DNA of 64,000 nt from NCBI GenBank assembly GCA_028826165.1, contig JAPDFW010000070.1, positions 1 through 64,000 of the forward strand, given 5' to 3'. The position numbers and the translations under genes were made by a program. Below are positions 1-12,185 of this stretch, piece after piece. Within the stretch, counting starts at the first letter, position 1; each line of letters opens with the position of its first letter. The notes under the pieces were generated by a model that worked only from the letters and a program-made list of their open reading frames with translations, did not search any database and was not told the DNA's origin. This DNA is from Anaeramoeba ignava BMAN (Eukaryota; Protista; Anaeramoebae).

Positions 1-689
1 TTTGCTTTTGTCAGTGTTTGTGAATCAAAACCAAGTTAGACCAAATTACCAATAAGTCTATAAACATTTTGATTTGGAAGAATAATAAAAGTAAATATCT
101 ATGTTCAGGTGTCATACATATCTGAATACCATGCTCCTATCATTTGTATCTCAATTAGTCGATGAAATATTGATAAAATTCATTTGGATTTATTTGATTT
201 AACAGGCCTTTCCCTACATTTCTCTTCGTTAAAATAGCTTTTCCATTTTGTAAATACCCAACAGAGAGACACATACACACACATTACACTAGAACATTTT
301 CAATATCGGCAGCACATCATATTCATTGTCTGAGCATGGTTTAATTTTCTTCATTACTTTCTTCATCTTAAATTGAATTGGTTTAATATAATTGGAAGAA
401 AAGAATTTGGATCTTTGACTTGAACCAGAGTAATTTCAATCGATGCTAAAGTAAGAAAATTACAGATAATTTTCCATTTTCATGCTTCGCGCGTGTCATA
501 GCAGATGGATGATTGACCAAATTGATTGGACATTTTGTGTTTAAATTGGGTGGAAGAAGATAATAAGATCCGTAATAATATGCAAAAGCTTTGAAAGAAG
601 AAGATGGAATAGAGAATAGATATGAACAGATAAAAGGAAAATATTGTTTTGTCAAAATAGGCTTCATAAATATTGTATTAGTTTCAAAG

Positions 690-3600
690 TAGAGATAATA
701 TTAATGCAAAGTAAAATCAAAATAGAATCCTACATGCTTGCACTAAAAGATTTCTAATTAGAAGTGGTATGAAGATATTTAGTTTCAAGAATTGATATTA
801 ATGCTACAACCAAGATGAATCATTTTGGTATATTTTAATGTACCAAAAGAGCTAATAGAAGTTAATATATTTAGCTCAAAAGTAATTGATATTAATGTAC
901 AAATCAACGTAAAATGAATCTGTTTACATGTTTCAGTAAAATTCAAATATCACAGAAAGTTATTAAAATATTTACCTTCAAAAGTGAATTGAGAGCATAC
1001 ACAACGTCAGATATGACCCGAAAGTTTTAATATTTTGTCAGTAAGAACCCAAATATTTCATGAGAAATTATTAAATATTTATTTCAAAGAATGAGAGTTA
1101 ATGCAAAACAAATCAAGATGAATCTGCGCGTGGTATTTGTTGGTAAAACCAAATATATTTTCAACAGTAGTTATTAAATATTTAGTCACAAAGGAATTGA
1201 TATGCAAAACAAACTGTAAACAGTCTGCTGGCATTCTCCTGGTTGTAAAATCAAATACATTTAATGTATCAGAAATTATTGAATATTTAATAAGAGTAGA
1301 AGGATGTCTCATGCAAAACAAATCAAAATTAATCTGTTTTACATCTTCCAGTTGCATAAACGAATATCTTCCTCGTTAAAGTTTCCCAAAGTGACGTTTA
1401 TAGCTGAAAAGAACAGATGTTAGAAACAATAAAAGTCATATACACCTTACATATTTTGTTTATGTTTATCTTCTTTTCAAAAGATTAAGAAGAAGGTTAT
1501 TAGAATATTTAGTTTAGGAATTGATAGTTTGTCTTCTAAAACACAAAGAAAATCAGCTTTGGTGATTGTCACGTCAGCGCGTGAACAACACCACCATCCC
1601 TTTAAAGTATGAATATTTAATTTCAAAAGGAATTATATTAATGCACAAACTAGATAAATGTCAGAGTATATATTTTGCCGCGTAGACCAAACCCAAAATA
1701 TAGAAATTGAATAACATCTCCAAAGAATTGATATTAATAATAAATGGTTCTACCTTTACACTTCCGGCATACTAACTCCTACCTAAAATCCTCAACCATT
1801 TAGAAAGTTGCAAAATGGAATAATATCACCGCAAACAAACACATTTAAATATACCGGAAGCTGGTACATATTATTAGGAATCCTATCTTTAAAGTCATTC
1901 CAGTGTATTGAATAAAAGTCGAGCTGATATAAATGCAGACTTAATTTTGCAAAATTTTCTCAAACCAAATATTTCTAATACTGAAATCAATTCATATTAG
2001 AATTTCCAAAGAGTAGATATGTCACTATGTCAGATTCAAAGCAGCACATTTTATTTTGCATTTTGCTGTCGACGAATTTATCCTCCACCTATTAGAAGGT
2101 CATATCTAGAGTAGATAGAAGTTTATATCCAAAACAAACTCTGGGTTGTTACCAGCCTTGCAGTATTTGCTGTAGAATATATGCAAACTGTTTGATTTGA
2201 TCAAATCTAGTTGAGGAACTGATATATGCCACAAAAGTTATCAAAATCAAACGTTTCACACTGTTTAATGTAAAATGAATAACTCAATTTGAAATCATTA
2301 GTATTTCTATTGGTAAAAGGAGCTATATATGGTTGAATGTTATAACGCAAAAGCCCAAAGAAGCTGCAGACTATTGTCAATGTTGTATTCCCGCATCTCT
2401 CAATGAATTGATTATTACCGAAAAGCGTTGATATTAATGCACAAGTGAAAACGAAACAGCTTTTAAGATATATTTTCTTCTTTCACATACAAATGGTAAA
2501 TTAGCTTTACATGACATGTCATGAAGTATCTACGTTGTTAAATTATTTAATTGAAAGTTGATTGATATTAATGCATTGATCAAACCAAACAGCTTTTACA
2601 TTTTGCTCTTGCAAAATGAAAGTACCATTATTGTTGTTAAAATATCAGAATTTAAAAGAATCATACGATATAAAAGTCAAATAAACTAAATGAAACAATA
2701 GAAGCCGCATTTTGTCATATCGATTTAGAGAAGTTATCCATGGTTGAGATTGAGATAAGTTTCAGTATAATCCTTCAGCAGTTTATTTAAGTTACCACCA
2801 AACCTCATTTGAAACATCAAATTTTATTGAGGCAAGTCGATATTAATGCAGTCAATAAATGGAAAATGAAACAGCTTTACATCTGCTCAAATATTCATTA
2901 ATAATTATTTAGTTGGAAGGAGAGCATATTAGTCACAAAACTTCAATAATCATTCGGTTTAGAAAGAGACAGTTTCCAAATTTTGATTGTTTTATAATTG
3001 AATATTTACGAAAGGAGCTGAGGACGGCGTACTCGAAGAAAGAAATGCTAATGAACTTATCACGTCAAAATGTCAATTCTGAAACACTGGGACATATTGA
3101 TTTCAAAAGGAGCTGAGGTTAATTCACCAAAGAAACAAAAGTCCCTTCTTTTAATTAACAAATTCATGGCATACATGGCTGATTCGAAGTTTCCCGAAGA
3201 TGTTGATATTTATGATGAAGAGAGAGAAACGCAGAGTTTGTTGATTCATAGTTGTTTATTCTGAATTAAGATTTGGTTATTTTATTGAATTCTCAAATGA
3301 TAATCAGATTTTAACAATTGAATCATATGATGCAAAATTTAAAGTCTGTAAATTGACGCATATATAGGTTAATTTAATTTATATCACAATACTTTTGCAT
3401 ACAAAATTATCAATATTTATCTGTGCAAAACCAAAAGAGAAATTGTTAACAAACCGTGGTGTCGAATTTCCCTTTATGAGTGTACTGAGCTTTTATTTCC
3501 CAAAATGGTTGATAGAGCTTAATAATATCATCCACAAAGTTGATCATTATGGTTGATATGGAGAGATAGCTGTAGAACCAAAGGACACAATACTCAAAGA

Positions 3601-3980
3601 ACATGAAAAGACAAAAGAATCAAGAGATCTTTAGAAGAATTGATCTTAGGAAGAAAAGGAACATGAAAGATTTTACAATGAGTATCGAATAGGAATCAAC
3701 AAGATACAATAATGAAGAAGAGAAATAGTTCTAGCAAATTCAATATTATTATTAAGAAGTGAATTATTTAAGAATGTTTTGAATGTTTCAGATTCAAGGT
3801 AAGTTCATGGATTATTCTTGAAAATATCGGGAAATTAATCGATCAATTTAATTTATTTTCAGAAGTTTGATAAGGAAATTTGATGAAACAAAAGAGTTTG
3901 GATCGAAAAGAGATTCAAATTTTGAAGATTTTATCAATTTGGAATCAAATCAATGATTGATTGTATTTAGACTTGAATTA
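690..3980 (+). pseudogene. Shattered ankyrin-repeat + BTB/POZ gene (paralog of 61110..63518); either unpolished sequence or a pseudogene
   Basis: Recurring 'attgatattaatgc' (G-IDINA) and 'gaaacagcttt(a)cat' (ETALH) ankyrin motifs from ~700 to ~3100. BTB remnants ('KDFT..', 'RSELF...F.NVSDS..VHDY') at 3660-3960. No long ORF survives. Boundaries are approximate. Confidence 0.7.
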
Positions 3981-5249
3981 ATTTAATTTATTAGATGCTA
4001 ATAAAATAAAATAGTGCCCTCATTAGAATAATATATTCAAAATCTTACTAAATTCGTAGCATAATATTTATCTTGAGTGATTTGATTAAGAAATGAGAAA
4101 TCTAAAATGACTAAAGACTAATTCAGCTTATCATTAGATATAATAAAACCTGAGAATTTTCAATAGAGAAAGAGAATAACTCTTATTTTCCTAAACAAAA
4201 GAAATTAAACTCTCGCTACTTTTGGATTCAATTTTAGGTTGTTGTTGTTGTGAACTGGATTCAATTATTTCCTGGAAAAGATAAAGTCCTAAAGAAAGGA
4301 ATTTGAAACTTCTAATGCTGCAAACTAAAACCAGAAAACTCAAAACTGTTCATATATATAAACGATTAAGTTTGCTTGAAGGGTCTAGAGTGTTGACGGA
4401 ACCATCAGGACATCTAGAAGAGTTAAGGTTAAGAATCTACAAATCAACAACACAGTGCACACATATCAAGAATACAAACAGATGAGATACTGTAAGTCCG
4501 AGAGGAAATATATTTGAAGGAAAGAATAACTAGTCGGTTGCCAATAACTGGTAGAATGAAATACGAATAGAAGAAAATAATTTGAGATGGAAGAATAACA
4601 AAGAAGTAGTCTAAGGGTCATGAATAGACATTATCGGTCGATCTAGAAATGAATCTGAGGCAAGAGAAATTAGTAAGAATACCACCAATACAAGGCAAGT
4701 CATTTAACACACCATACTGAAACTCCTGTATGCAAGCGGAAAGTTGGATGAATCCAATTGAGAATTCCTTTTGAGGAAACCATTATAGATCATAATTTTG
4801 AAATACCTGGCACTACATCGCGTGTTCCAAGTTAGGGCTTGTTACATTTCAGTCAGAAGATTCCATGGTGTGCAAAATGCTTCAAAGCAGTTGCCATTTT
4901 CATTTATTATGAAGTTTCTAAAGTTCAATTTGAATTTATCGATTGATTTTCAGAACTGGCAGCAGATAGTATTGAATGGCGCGGAGTGTTTGAAGTTACA
5001 ACAACAAAAAGTTAGTAAAAATAAAAAGTCAACTCATTATTATTTTTCAATTAAATGAATATTAAATTATTAATCAAATTGAAAAATGATTTGATCATTT
5101 TAATCTCCAAAGCGGCCTTTTTAGAAAAAGTAGTAGTCGAAATGTTATTATTTATTTAAAGAGAACTTTCTCGATCTGCAAACTCAAAACATCAAAATAA
5201 AGATAAAGAAGACTATTAAATAAATGAATGAATTAATTAAATAACAAAA

Positions 5250-7971
5250 ACTTTTTAGATGAAAGTGAGTCTTCAAAATGCCCAATTTTAAACGACGAAG
5301 AAAAGTAAAACGATAAATTCATTTTTCTTGTAATTTATCTTTGTTTGGGCCTTGTTTTAAAAAGTTCACAAGTACATCTACAAAAAGTGGAATTGTTTCA
5401 AGTTAGAACGTAAATACATTTCCCATATTTTTCGATTTTTGATTTGCCGTTGCCGTCGATTCTTCTGCAAAAGCCGGATGAATAATGAAGTTGATCAAAT
5501 GAACAAAAATGAAACCAATTTTTAAATTCATCATTTTCGTGTCCATTTAAACGTAGTAAATTAAACACAACTAACAATTTTTATATTAATTTTAATTTTA
5601 ATTTTCAAAATGAATTTTAATTTTAATTTTGAAATAGATTTTAATTTTAATTTTAATTTTAATTTTAATTTTATAAATGAATTTTAATTTTAATTTTATA
5701 AATGAATTTTAATTTTAATTTTATAAATGAATTTTAATTTTAATTATAAAATAATATACTATTAAGTTTTTGTTTTGGATCCAAATTATTATTAAATAAA
5801 ATTGCTCCAATAAATAAAGGATGATGATCAATTGTTCTAGTTCCTTGAAAATCAAATTTTCCAAAAAAGTTTTGAAGATTATTTGTATCACTTTTAAAAC
5901 TTAAATCTTTCATTATATCAAGAAAATCTTCAAAATCAGAAAAGACCATGGGCTTTTTAAATGTCTATTTTTGAAGACTAATTTCAATAATTTTATCTGT
6001 GCTAATTTTGATCAATAATTTTAGCAAATCTTCAGTTTTTGTATTTGTGATTTTTGTTATATCTTCATCTGAACTAATGAAACATATTCTTGTTGTCTAA
6101 TTGATGTTATCCATTCATCTCTTTCTTGTGCTGAATTCGCATACATTATATAAGTTCTTCGATTTTTACTTAAAATTGCAAAACTATTTGGAATGTTAAT
6201 TGTATAATCTGTCATGATTATACTTGCATTGACTAAATTTATCTGGCCTAATGGTTTATCAAGTTGCTTTTTTAATTTCATTTAATTTAATTTAAATTTT
6301 TTCATTTAATTTAATTTAATTTAATTTAATTTCATTTAATTTACAGATTGAGAATTAAAATAATATAATGTGTTATATTTCAACATAAAATATCTTTTCT
6401 TCCATGATTTATGTTTTCCTCCCTATTTTAATTAATTTTAATTAATTTCTCTCTTTATTCTATAATTCAAAAAAATTTCTCTTTACTTGTTTTGTTAACC
6501 AATCATTTTTTTCTTCATGTTTGGGGATTGTAGCCTATATTTAAATAAAAAAATTGAGTATAATTAGATTTATATTTATATTTATATTTATATTTATATT
6601 TATATTTAAATTTATATTTGTATTTATATTTATAATTATATTTGTTTTATATTTATGTTATATATATATATATTTATATTTATGTTTATATTTATATTTT
6701 TATTTATATTTTATGTTTATATTTTTAAATATTTATGTTTATATATTTTAGATTTATATTTATATTTTATTTTATTTTTTATCATTATTATATTTATATT
6801 TTGTATTTTATATTTATAACATATGTTTGTATTTATAAATTATATTATATTTATTTTCCATATATTTATATTTTATATTTTTATATATATATATGTTCAT
6901 TTATTTTATGTTTATGTTTATTTTATATGTTTATATTTTATATATATATAATATGTTTATTTTATATATATTTTATTTATTCCCGATATTATGTTATATT
7001 TATATTTATATTTTATATTTTATATTATATTTATATTTATATTTATGTTTATGTTTATATTTATATTTTTTTATATTTATAGTTTATATTATATGTTCCA
7101 TATTTTTATATTAGCATATGTTATAATTTATATTATATTTATATTTTATATTTGTTTATGTTTATATTTTATATTTTATTTATATTTGTATTTATATTTA
7201 TATATTGGATATTTATATTTATATTTTATATTTATATTTATATTTTATATATTTTATAATTATATATTTTACATTATGTATATTTACATTTATATTTTAT
7301 ATTTTATATTTTATATTTATATATTTATATTTATATTTATATTTTATATTTATATTTAGATTTTAGATTTATATTTTATTTATATTTATATTTATATTTA
7401 TATTTATATTTATATTTATATTTATTTTAGTTCTGGTTCTTGATTTATTTTTGATCTAATAAATTATTTTAAGAACAAAAAAAAAGCAAAAGAAAATAAT
7501 TTTATAAAAAATAAAAAATAAAAAATTTTTCAATTTAAATTAAATATTATCAAAAAAAAAATAGCAAATTTAAAAAAGATAGATAAAATAAACAATGAGA
7601 TATTAAAAAAAAAAAAGAAATAAAAACTTACTTGAATATAATTAATAGTTTGAGTTAAAACTGAAATCCATTCATTCATTTGATTTTCATTACTTGCTGA
7701 ACAAAAATAAGTTCTTGATAAAGGATGTTCAATTTTAAAGCAATTTTTTTTGGAAACTTCTTTTGGCAAAGTTTGTTTAATTGAAGTATGAGCAAGATTT
7801 ATTACTCCTAAAGGTGTTGCTTTTTTCAATTCAGAAAAATCCATTTCTTTTCATAATAAGATAGTTCATGATTTTTAGAACAAAATATCTTTTTCTCCAA
7901 TTTTTCTTGAACCGCCTTGCTTTTGTTAACCATCCAGTTTTTGTTGAAGGTAAATTATCGTTTGGGTTCAT
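5250..7971 (-). CDS. Tandem PH-domain protein, possibly with degenerate C-terminal EF-hand-like motifs; multi-exon with several indels
   Basis: ATG at 7971: MNPNDNLPSTKTGWLTK..KNWRKRYFVL..PLGVINL..NCFKI..RTYFCSASNENQMNEWISVL. Second PH: WLTKQ|GGKHKSWRKRYFML..PLGQINL..RTYIMYANSAQERDEWITSI. GT-AG introns, e.g. ~7632-6535. The 3' end is uncertain. Confidence 0.75.
6560..7430. repeat. (TTTATA)n-type intronic microsatellite
   Basis: Degenerate hexamer array in the PH-gene intron; source of the spurious [12 protein letters not shown] ORFs. Confidence 0.9.
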
Positions 7972-8158
7972 TTGTAAAAATAAAATAATAAAAAGAAGAA
8001 TAAATGGAAAAAGTGATTTTTATTGTTTTTCATTTTTAATTTTCTCCTTTTTATTTTATTTTTATTTTTTCTCCTTTTTTTTATTTTTTTATTATTTTTA
8101 TTTTTGTGACGTTTTTCATTTTTTCATTTTTTTCTTTAAAATTTTTAATTTTTAAGTA

Positions 8159-8584
8159 ATGAGAACTTCTAAAGAAGTTGTAAATCGTATAAAATTTGAC
8201 CCAAATTATGATTCTGCTGATTTTGTTATTGGATTTCAAGATTCAGATGAAATTGCAGAAATTCCGCTTTTGATGAATTTGATATTGAAACAATTCCTTT
8301 TCATAGAATTCGTTATTTTAAAAATGACCAAATTGTTTGGGATAGAGTTAATCAACTTGATTTGATTTTTGTTTTCAACTACAAAAAAAAAAGAAGAAGC
8401 AAAAATTGAAAAACAAAAAGAAATAAAAAGAAAAATCAACAAAAATTTCAAAATCAACAAAAAGATAATCAAGAAAATAAAGATAATCAAGAAAATAAAG
8501 ATAATCAAGAAAATAAAGATAATCAAATCAAATAAATAATGATAATCAAATTAATGATAATCAAGAAAAATGAAAAATTAATAA
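8159..8584 (+). CDS. MJ1316/DUF504 (RNA cyclic-phosphate end recognition, LENG9-like) domain protein, frameshifted near 8268
   Basis: Joined frames read MRTSKEVVNRIKFDPNYDSADFVIGFQD..EIP/FDEFDIETIPFHRIRYFKNDQIVWDRVNQLDLIF, matching the MJ1316 pattern R.KWDP..F.IGY.DR..IP.HRI.Y.K...VWDR. A Lys/Glu/Asn-rich tail follows; the stop is uncertain. Confidence 0.8.
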
Positions 8585-8876
8585 ATAAAAAGAACAAAAA
8601 AAATTTATTTATTTTATTTTTTTTTGATTGTTTTTAAAAGTGGAATATTTTTCCTTTTTGAAAATTTAAATTTTGATCAAATTGATCGTCATTTATATTT
8701 AAAATTCTTTTCTTTTTCTTTTTAATTTTAATTTTAATTTTAATTTTAAATCATTTTTTTATCCCTCTTTATCTTTTCTTTTTTTATTTTTTTCTATTTT
8801 TTTGCTATTCGATTTTCTTTTAAAAAAATTTTTTTTTCCAATTTTTTTTTTAAATAATAAAAACAATAAAAAAACA

Positions 8877-11671
8877 ATGATTGGACCTTATAAATTACTT
8901 AAAACTTTAGGAACTGGAGCAACAGGAAAAGTAAAATTAGCAATTAATACAGAAACAGAAAAACAAGTAGCAATCAAAATAATGTCAAAACAATTAATTT
9001 TTGAAACAGAAAAAGCAAGAATAAATGCACAAAAAGAAATTGCAGTTTTGAAGTTATTAAATCATCCAAGTGTATTAAAAGTATTTGATGTTTTTGAGTC
9101 AGATGATTATTTATTTATTGTTATGGAATATATGCCTGGTGGCGAATTATTTGATTTTCTTGTGAATCAAGAATTTATTTCATCAGCTCAATCTTTGATT
9201 ATTTTTCAACAATTGATTTATGCTTTAGAATATTGTCATAATCATCTTGTTTGTCATAGAGATTTAAAACCTGAAAATCTTCTTCTTGATTCTTTTGGTA
9301 ATATTAAAATTGCTGATTTTGGAATGGCTGGATTAATTAATGAAAGGCATTTACTTGAAACATCTTGTGGTTCACCTCATTATGCTGCACCTGAAGTTAT
9401 TGAAGTAATATTTAATATTTTATTTAATTTGATTTGATTTGATATTGATTTAATTTGATTTAATATTTAATATTTATTATTTAATATTGATTTAATTTAA
9501 TTTGATTTAATTTAATTTAATATTGATTTAATTTGATTTGATTTGATTTGATTTGATTTAATTTGATTTAATTTGATTTAATTTGATTTAATTTAATTTA
9601 ATTTAATTTAATTTGATTTGATTTAATTTAATTTAATTTAATTTAATTTGATTTGATTTAATTTAATTTAATTTGATTTGATTTAATTTGAATTTGATTT
9701 GATTTAATTTAATTTTATTTTATTTAATTTAATTTAATTTAGTTTGATTTGATTTGATTTAATTTGATTTGATTTAATTTAATTTGATTTGATTTAATTT
9801 AATTTGATTTGATTTAATTTAATTTGATTTAATATTTAAATATTTGAAAGGGAATTGAATATGATGGAACTAAATCAGATATTTGGAGTTGTGGAGTTAT
9901 TTTATATGGTTTACTTACAGGAAAATTACCATTTGATGGAGAATCAATAAAAGATGTTTTATTGAAGGTTGTAGATGCAAAATATACAATTCCAGAAAAT
10001 TTATCACCAGAAAAAAAAGAATTAATAAAAGGAATGCTTGAAAAGGATGTTAATAAACGATTTACAATTGAACAAATCAAACAAAATGAATGGTTTAGAT
10101 CTAATTTCCCAACAAATTATAAACCTCCTCAAGCTATTTTAAGAAAAAAACTCATTCAATCAGTTCCTGAAAACGAAATTAATGAATTTGTTGTTGGAAA
10201 TCTATCAACACTTGGCTTTGATCAACAACACATTCTCAGATCTTTAATTAGTGAACAACCAAATCTTGAAAAAATTATGTACACTCTTTATATGAGAAAA
10301 CTCAAAAAATCTCAAAAAACCGAAAAGCAACAAGTTGATTTTCAAAAAGTTGATTCTCAAAAAGTTGATTCTCAAAAAGAAAATTCAGATAAACTAAGTG
10401 AAAAATCAAGTGATTTCTCAAAATCAACTTCTTTTGATGATTCTGAAAAACAAAAGCAAAAAGAAGAAAAGCAAAAAAAAGTGGAATTGGAAAAATCTCA
10501 AAAAAAATTGGAAAAACAAAAGAAACAACAAGAAAAGCAAAAGAAATTAGAAGAACAACAAAAACAAAAAGAAGAAAAACAAAAAAAAGTGGAATTCGAA
10601 AAACAAAAAAAAGAAGAACAAAAAAAAGAAGAAAAACAAGAAAAACAAAAACAAAAAGAAGAAAAACAAAAAAAAGAAGAATTAGAAAAGCAAAAAAAGA
10701 AAGAAGAAAAGCAAAAAAAAGTGGAATTGGATAAATCTCAAAAAGAATTGGAAAAACAAAAGAAACAACAAGAAAAACAAAAGAAAGAAGAATTGGAAAA
10801 ACAAAAAAAACAAGAAAAAAAGCAAAAAGTTGGATTACAAAAATCTCAGAAAGAATTAGAAAAATCTCAAAAAGAAAATTCAGATAAAAAAAGTGAAAAA
10901 TCAACTGGTTTTACAAAATCAACTTCTTCTGATAATTCTGAAAAACAAAAACAAAAAGAAGAAAAACAAAAAAAAGTGGAATTCGAAAAACAAAAAAAGA
11001 AAGAAGAAAAACAAAAAAAAGTGGAATTAGAAAAACAAAAAAAACAAGAAGAAAAACAAAAGAAATTACAAGAAAAACAGAAAAAACAAGAAGAGAAAAA
11101 AAGTAATTAATTTTAAATATAAAAAATTTAATCCAATTTAATTTATTAAAAAAATTAAATTCAAAAAATAGTTAAAATGTCTATCAAAAAAAAAAAGAAG
11201 AATGAACAATTTGATCTTTCTTTTGATATAGAAAAAGAATCAAAAACAACTAAAAAAAGTTGGTTTGGCAAAGTTTTCAAAAGAAAATCCAAAAAAATGG
11301 AAGTTCAAGAAGGAAAAAAATATCAAAAACTTCATCTTGATAATAAATTTGAACAAGGAGGAGAAGTTATACTTGAAAATCCAACAGAACAATTAGCAAA
11401 GAATTATTATGTTTCTTTTTCAATAAATCAACCAATTATGGAAATTATGAGAAATTTCCAAGAAGGATTAACAAAACTTAATTTTAATTGGGCTTATCCA
11501 AATATATTTACAATTAAAGCAAATTTAAATAAAACAAAATTTAGAGTTAAAATCCAAAAATGTCCAATTTTAAATACCGAACCAATTAAAGTTTATTTAA
11601 TTTCAAAACGAGGAACTGCTCAAGAATTTATTGAATTTTGCAATTCATTAATTAAAGTTTCAAATTTTTAA
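8877..11671 (+). CDS. BRSK/SAD-like CAMKL Ser/Thr kinase, copy 1 (exons 8877-9404, 9851-11102, 11172-11671)
   Basis: IGPYKL..LGTGATGKVK, VAIK, HRDLKPEN, DFG, LETSCGSPHYAAPE, SDIWSCGV. UBA-like LSTLG..EKIMY, KKSWFG motif and KA1-like C-terminus. Introns are canonical GT-AG and keep frame. Confidence 0.92.
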
Positions 11672-12185
11672 TTTAAATTTTTAATTTTCAATTTGCTTTT
11701 GCTTTTTTTTTGATCAACTTTTTTCATTTTAATCCTCTTTTTCTTTTTTTTTTTTTTTTTTTTTCTTTTTGTTTAAATTAAAAAATTAAAAAAGAAAAAT
11801 AACAAAATGGATAAATACCCCCAAACTCTTTTTTTTTATTTTTAAAATATAAAAAGAAATTTAAAAATTAAAAATAGATAAATAATTAAATTTTGCTTTT
11901 ATTTTTTAAAATAAGATCTTTTTTTTTTTTAAATAAAGAAAAAGAAAAAAATTTTTTTTGTTTGTTTTTTTTATTTATTTTTTTGTTTTTAAATTGGGAA
12001 TTATGTGTGTGTTTTTTTTAATTAAAACTTTTATTTAAAAAAAAAAAAAGAAAATAAATTAAATAAAATGATGAATTTTTTGATTGAAATCATTTTTTTT
12101 CTTTTTTTTTGAATTTTTTTCTTTACATTTTTACCCCTAAATTAAAAAAAAAAACAAAAATAATAATAAAAACATTAAAAAAACA

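Noticed and set aside
1-667. Possible minus-strand gene with a Cys-rich patch
   Set aside because: No recognisable family and the frames are broken.
4000-5060. Possible minus-strand membrane-protein gene
   Set aside because: Coding-like composition, but too error-ridden to support any product call.
6554-7359. [12 protein letters not shown] ORFs (also 24955-25309, 31495-32001, 35597-35782, 46561-47143, 50994-51182)
   Set aside because: Stop-free translations of microsatellites in introns or flanks.
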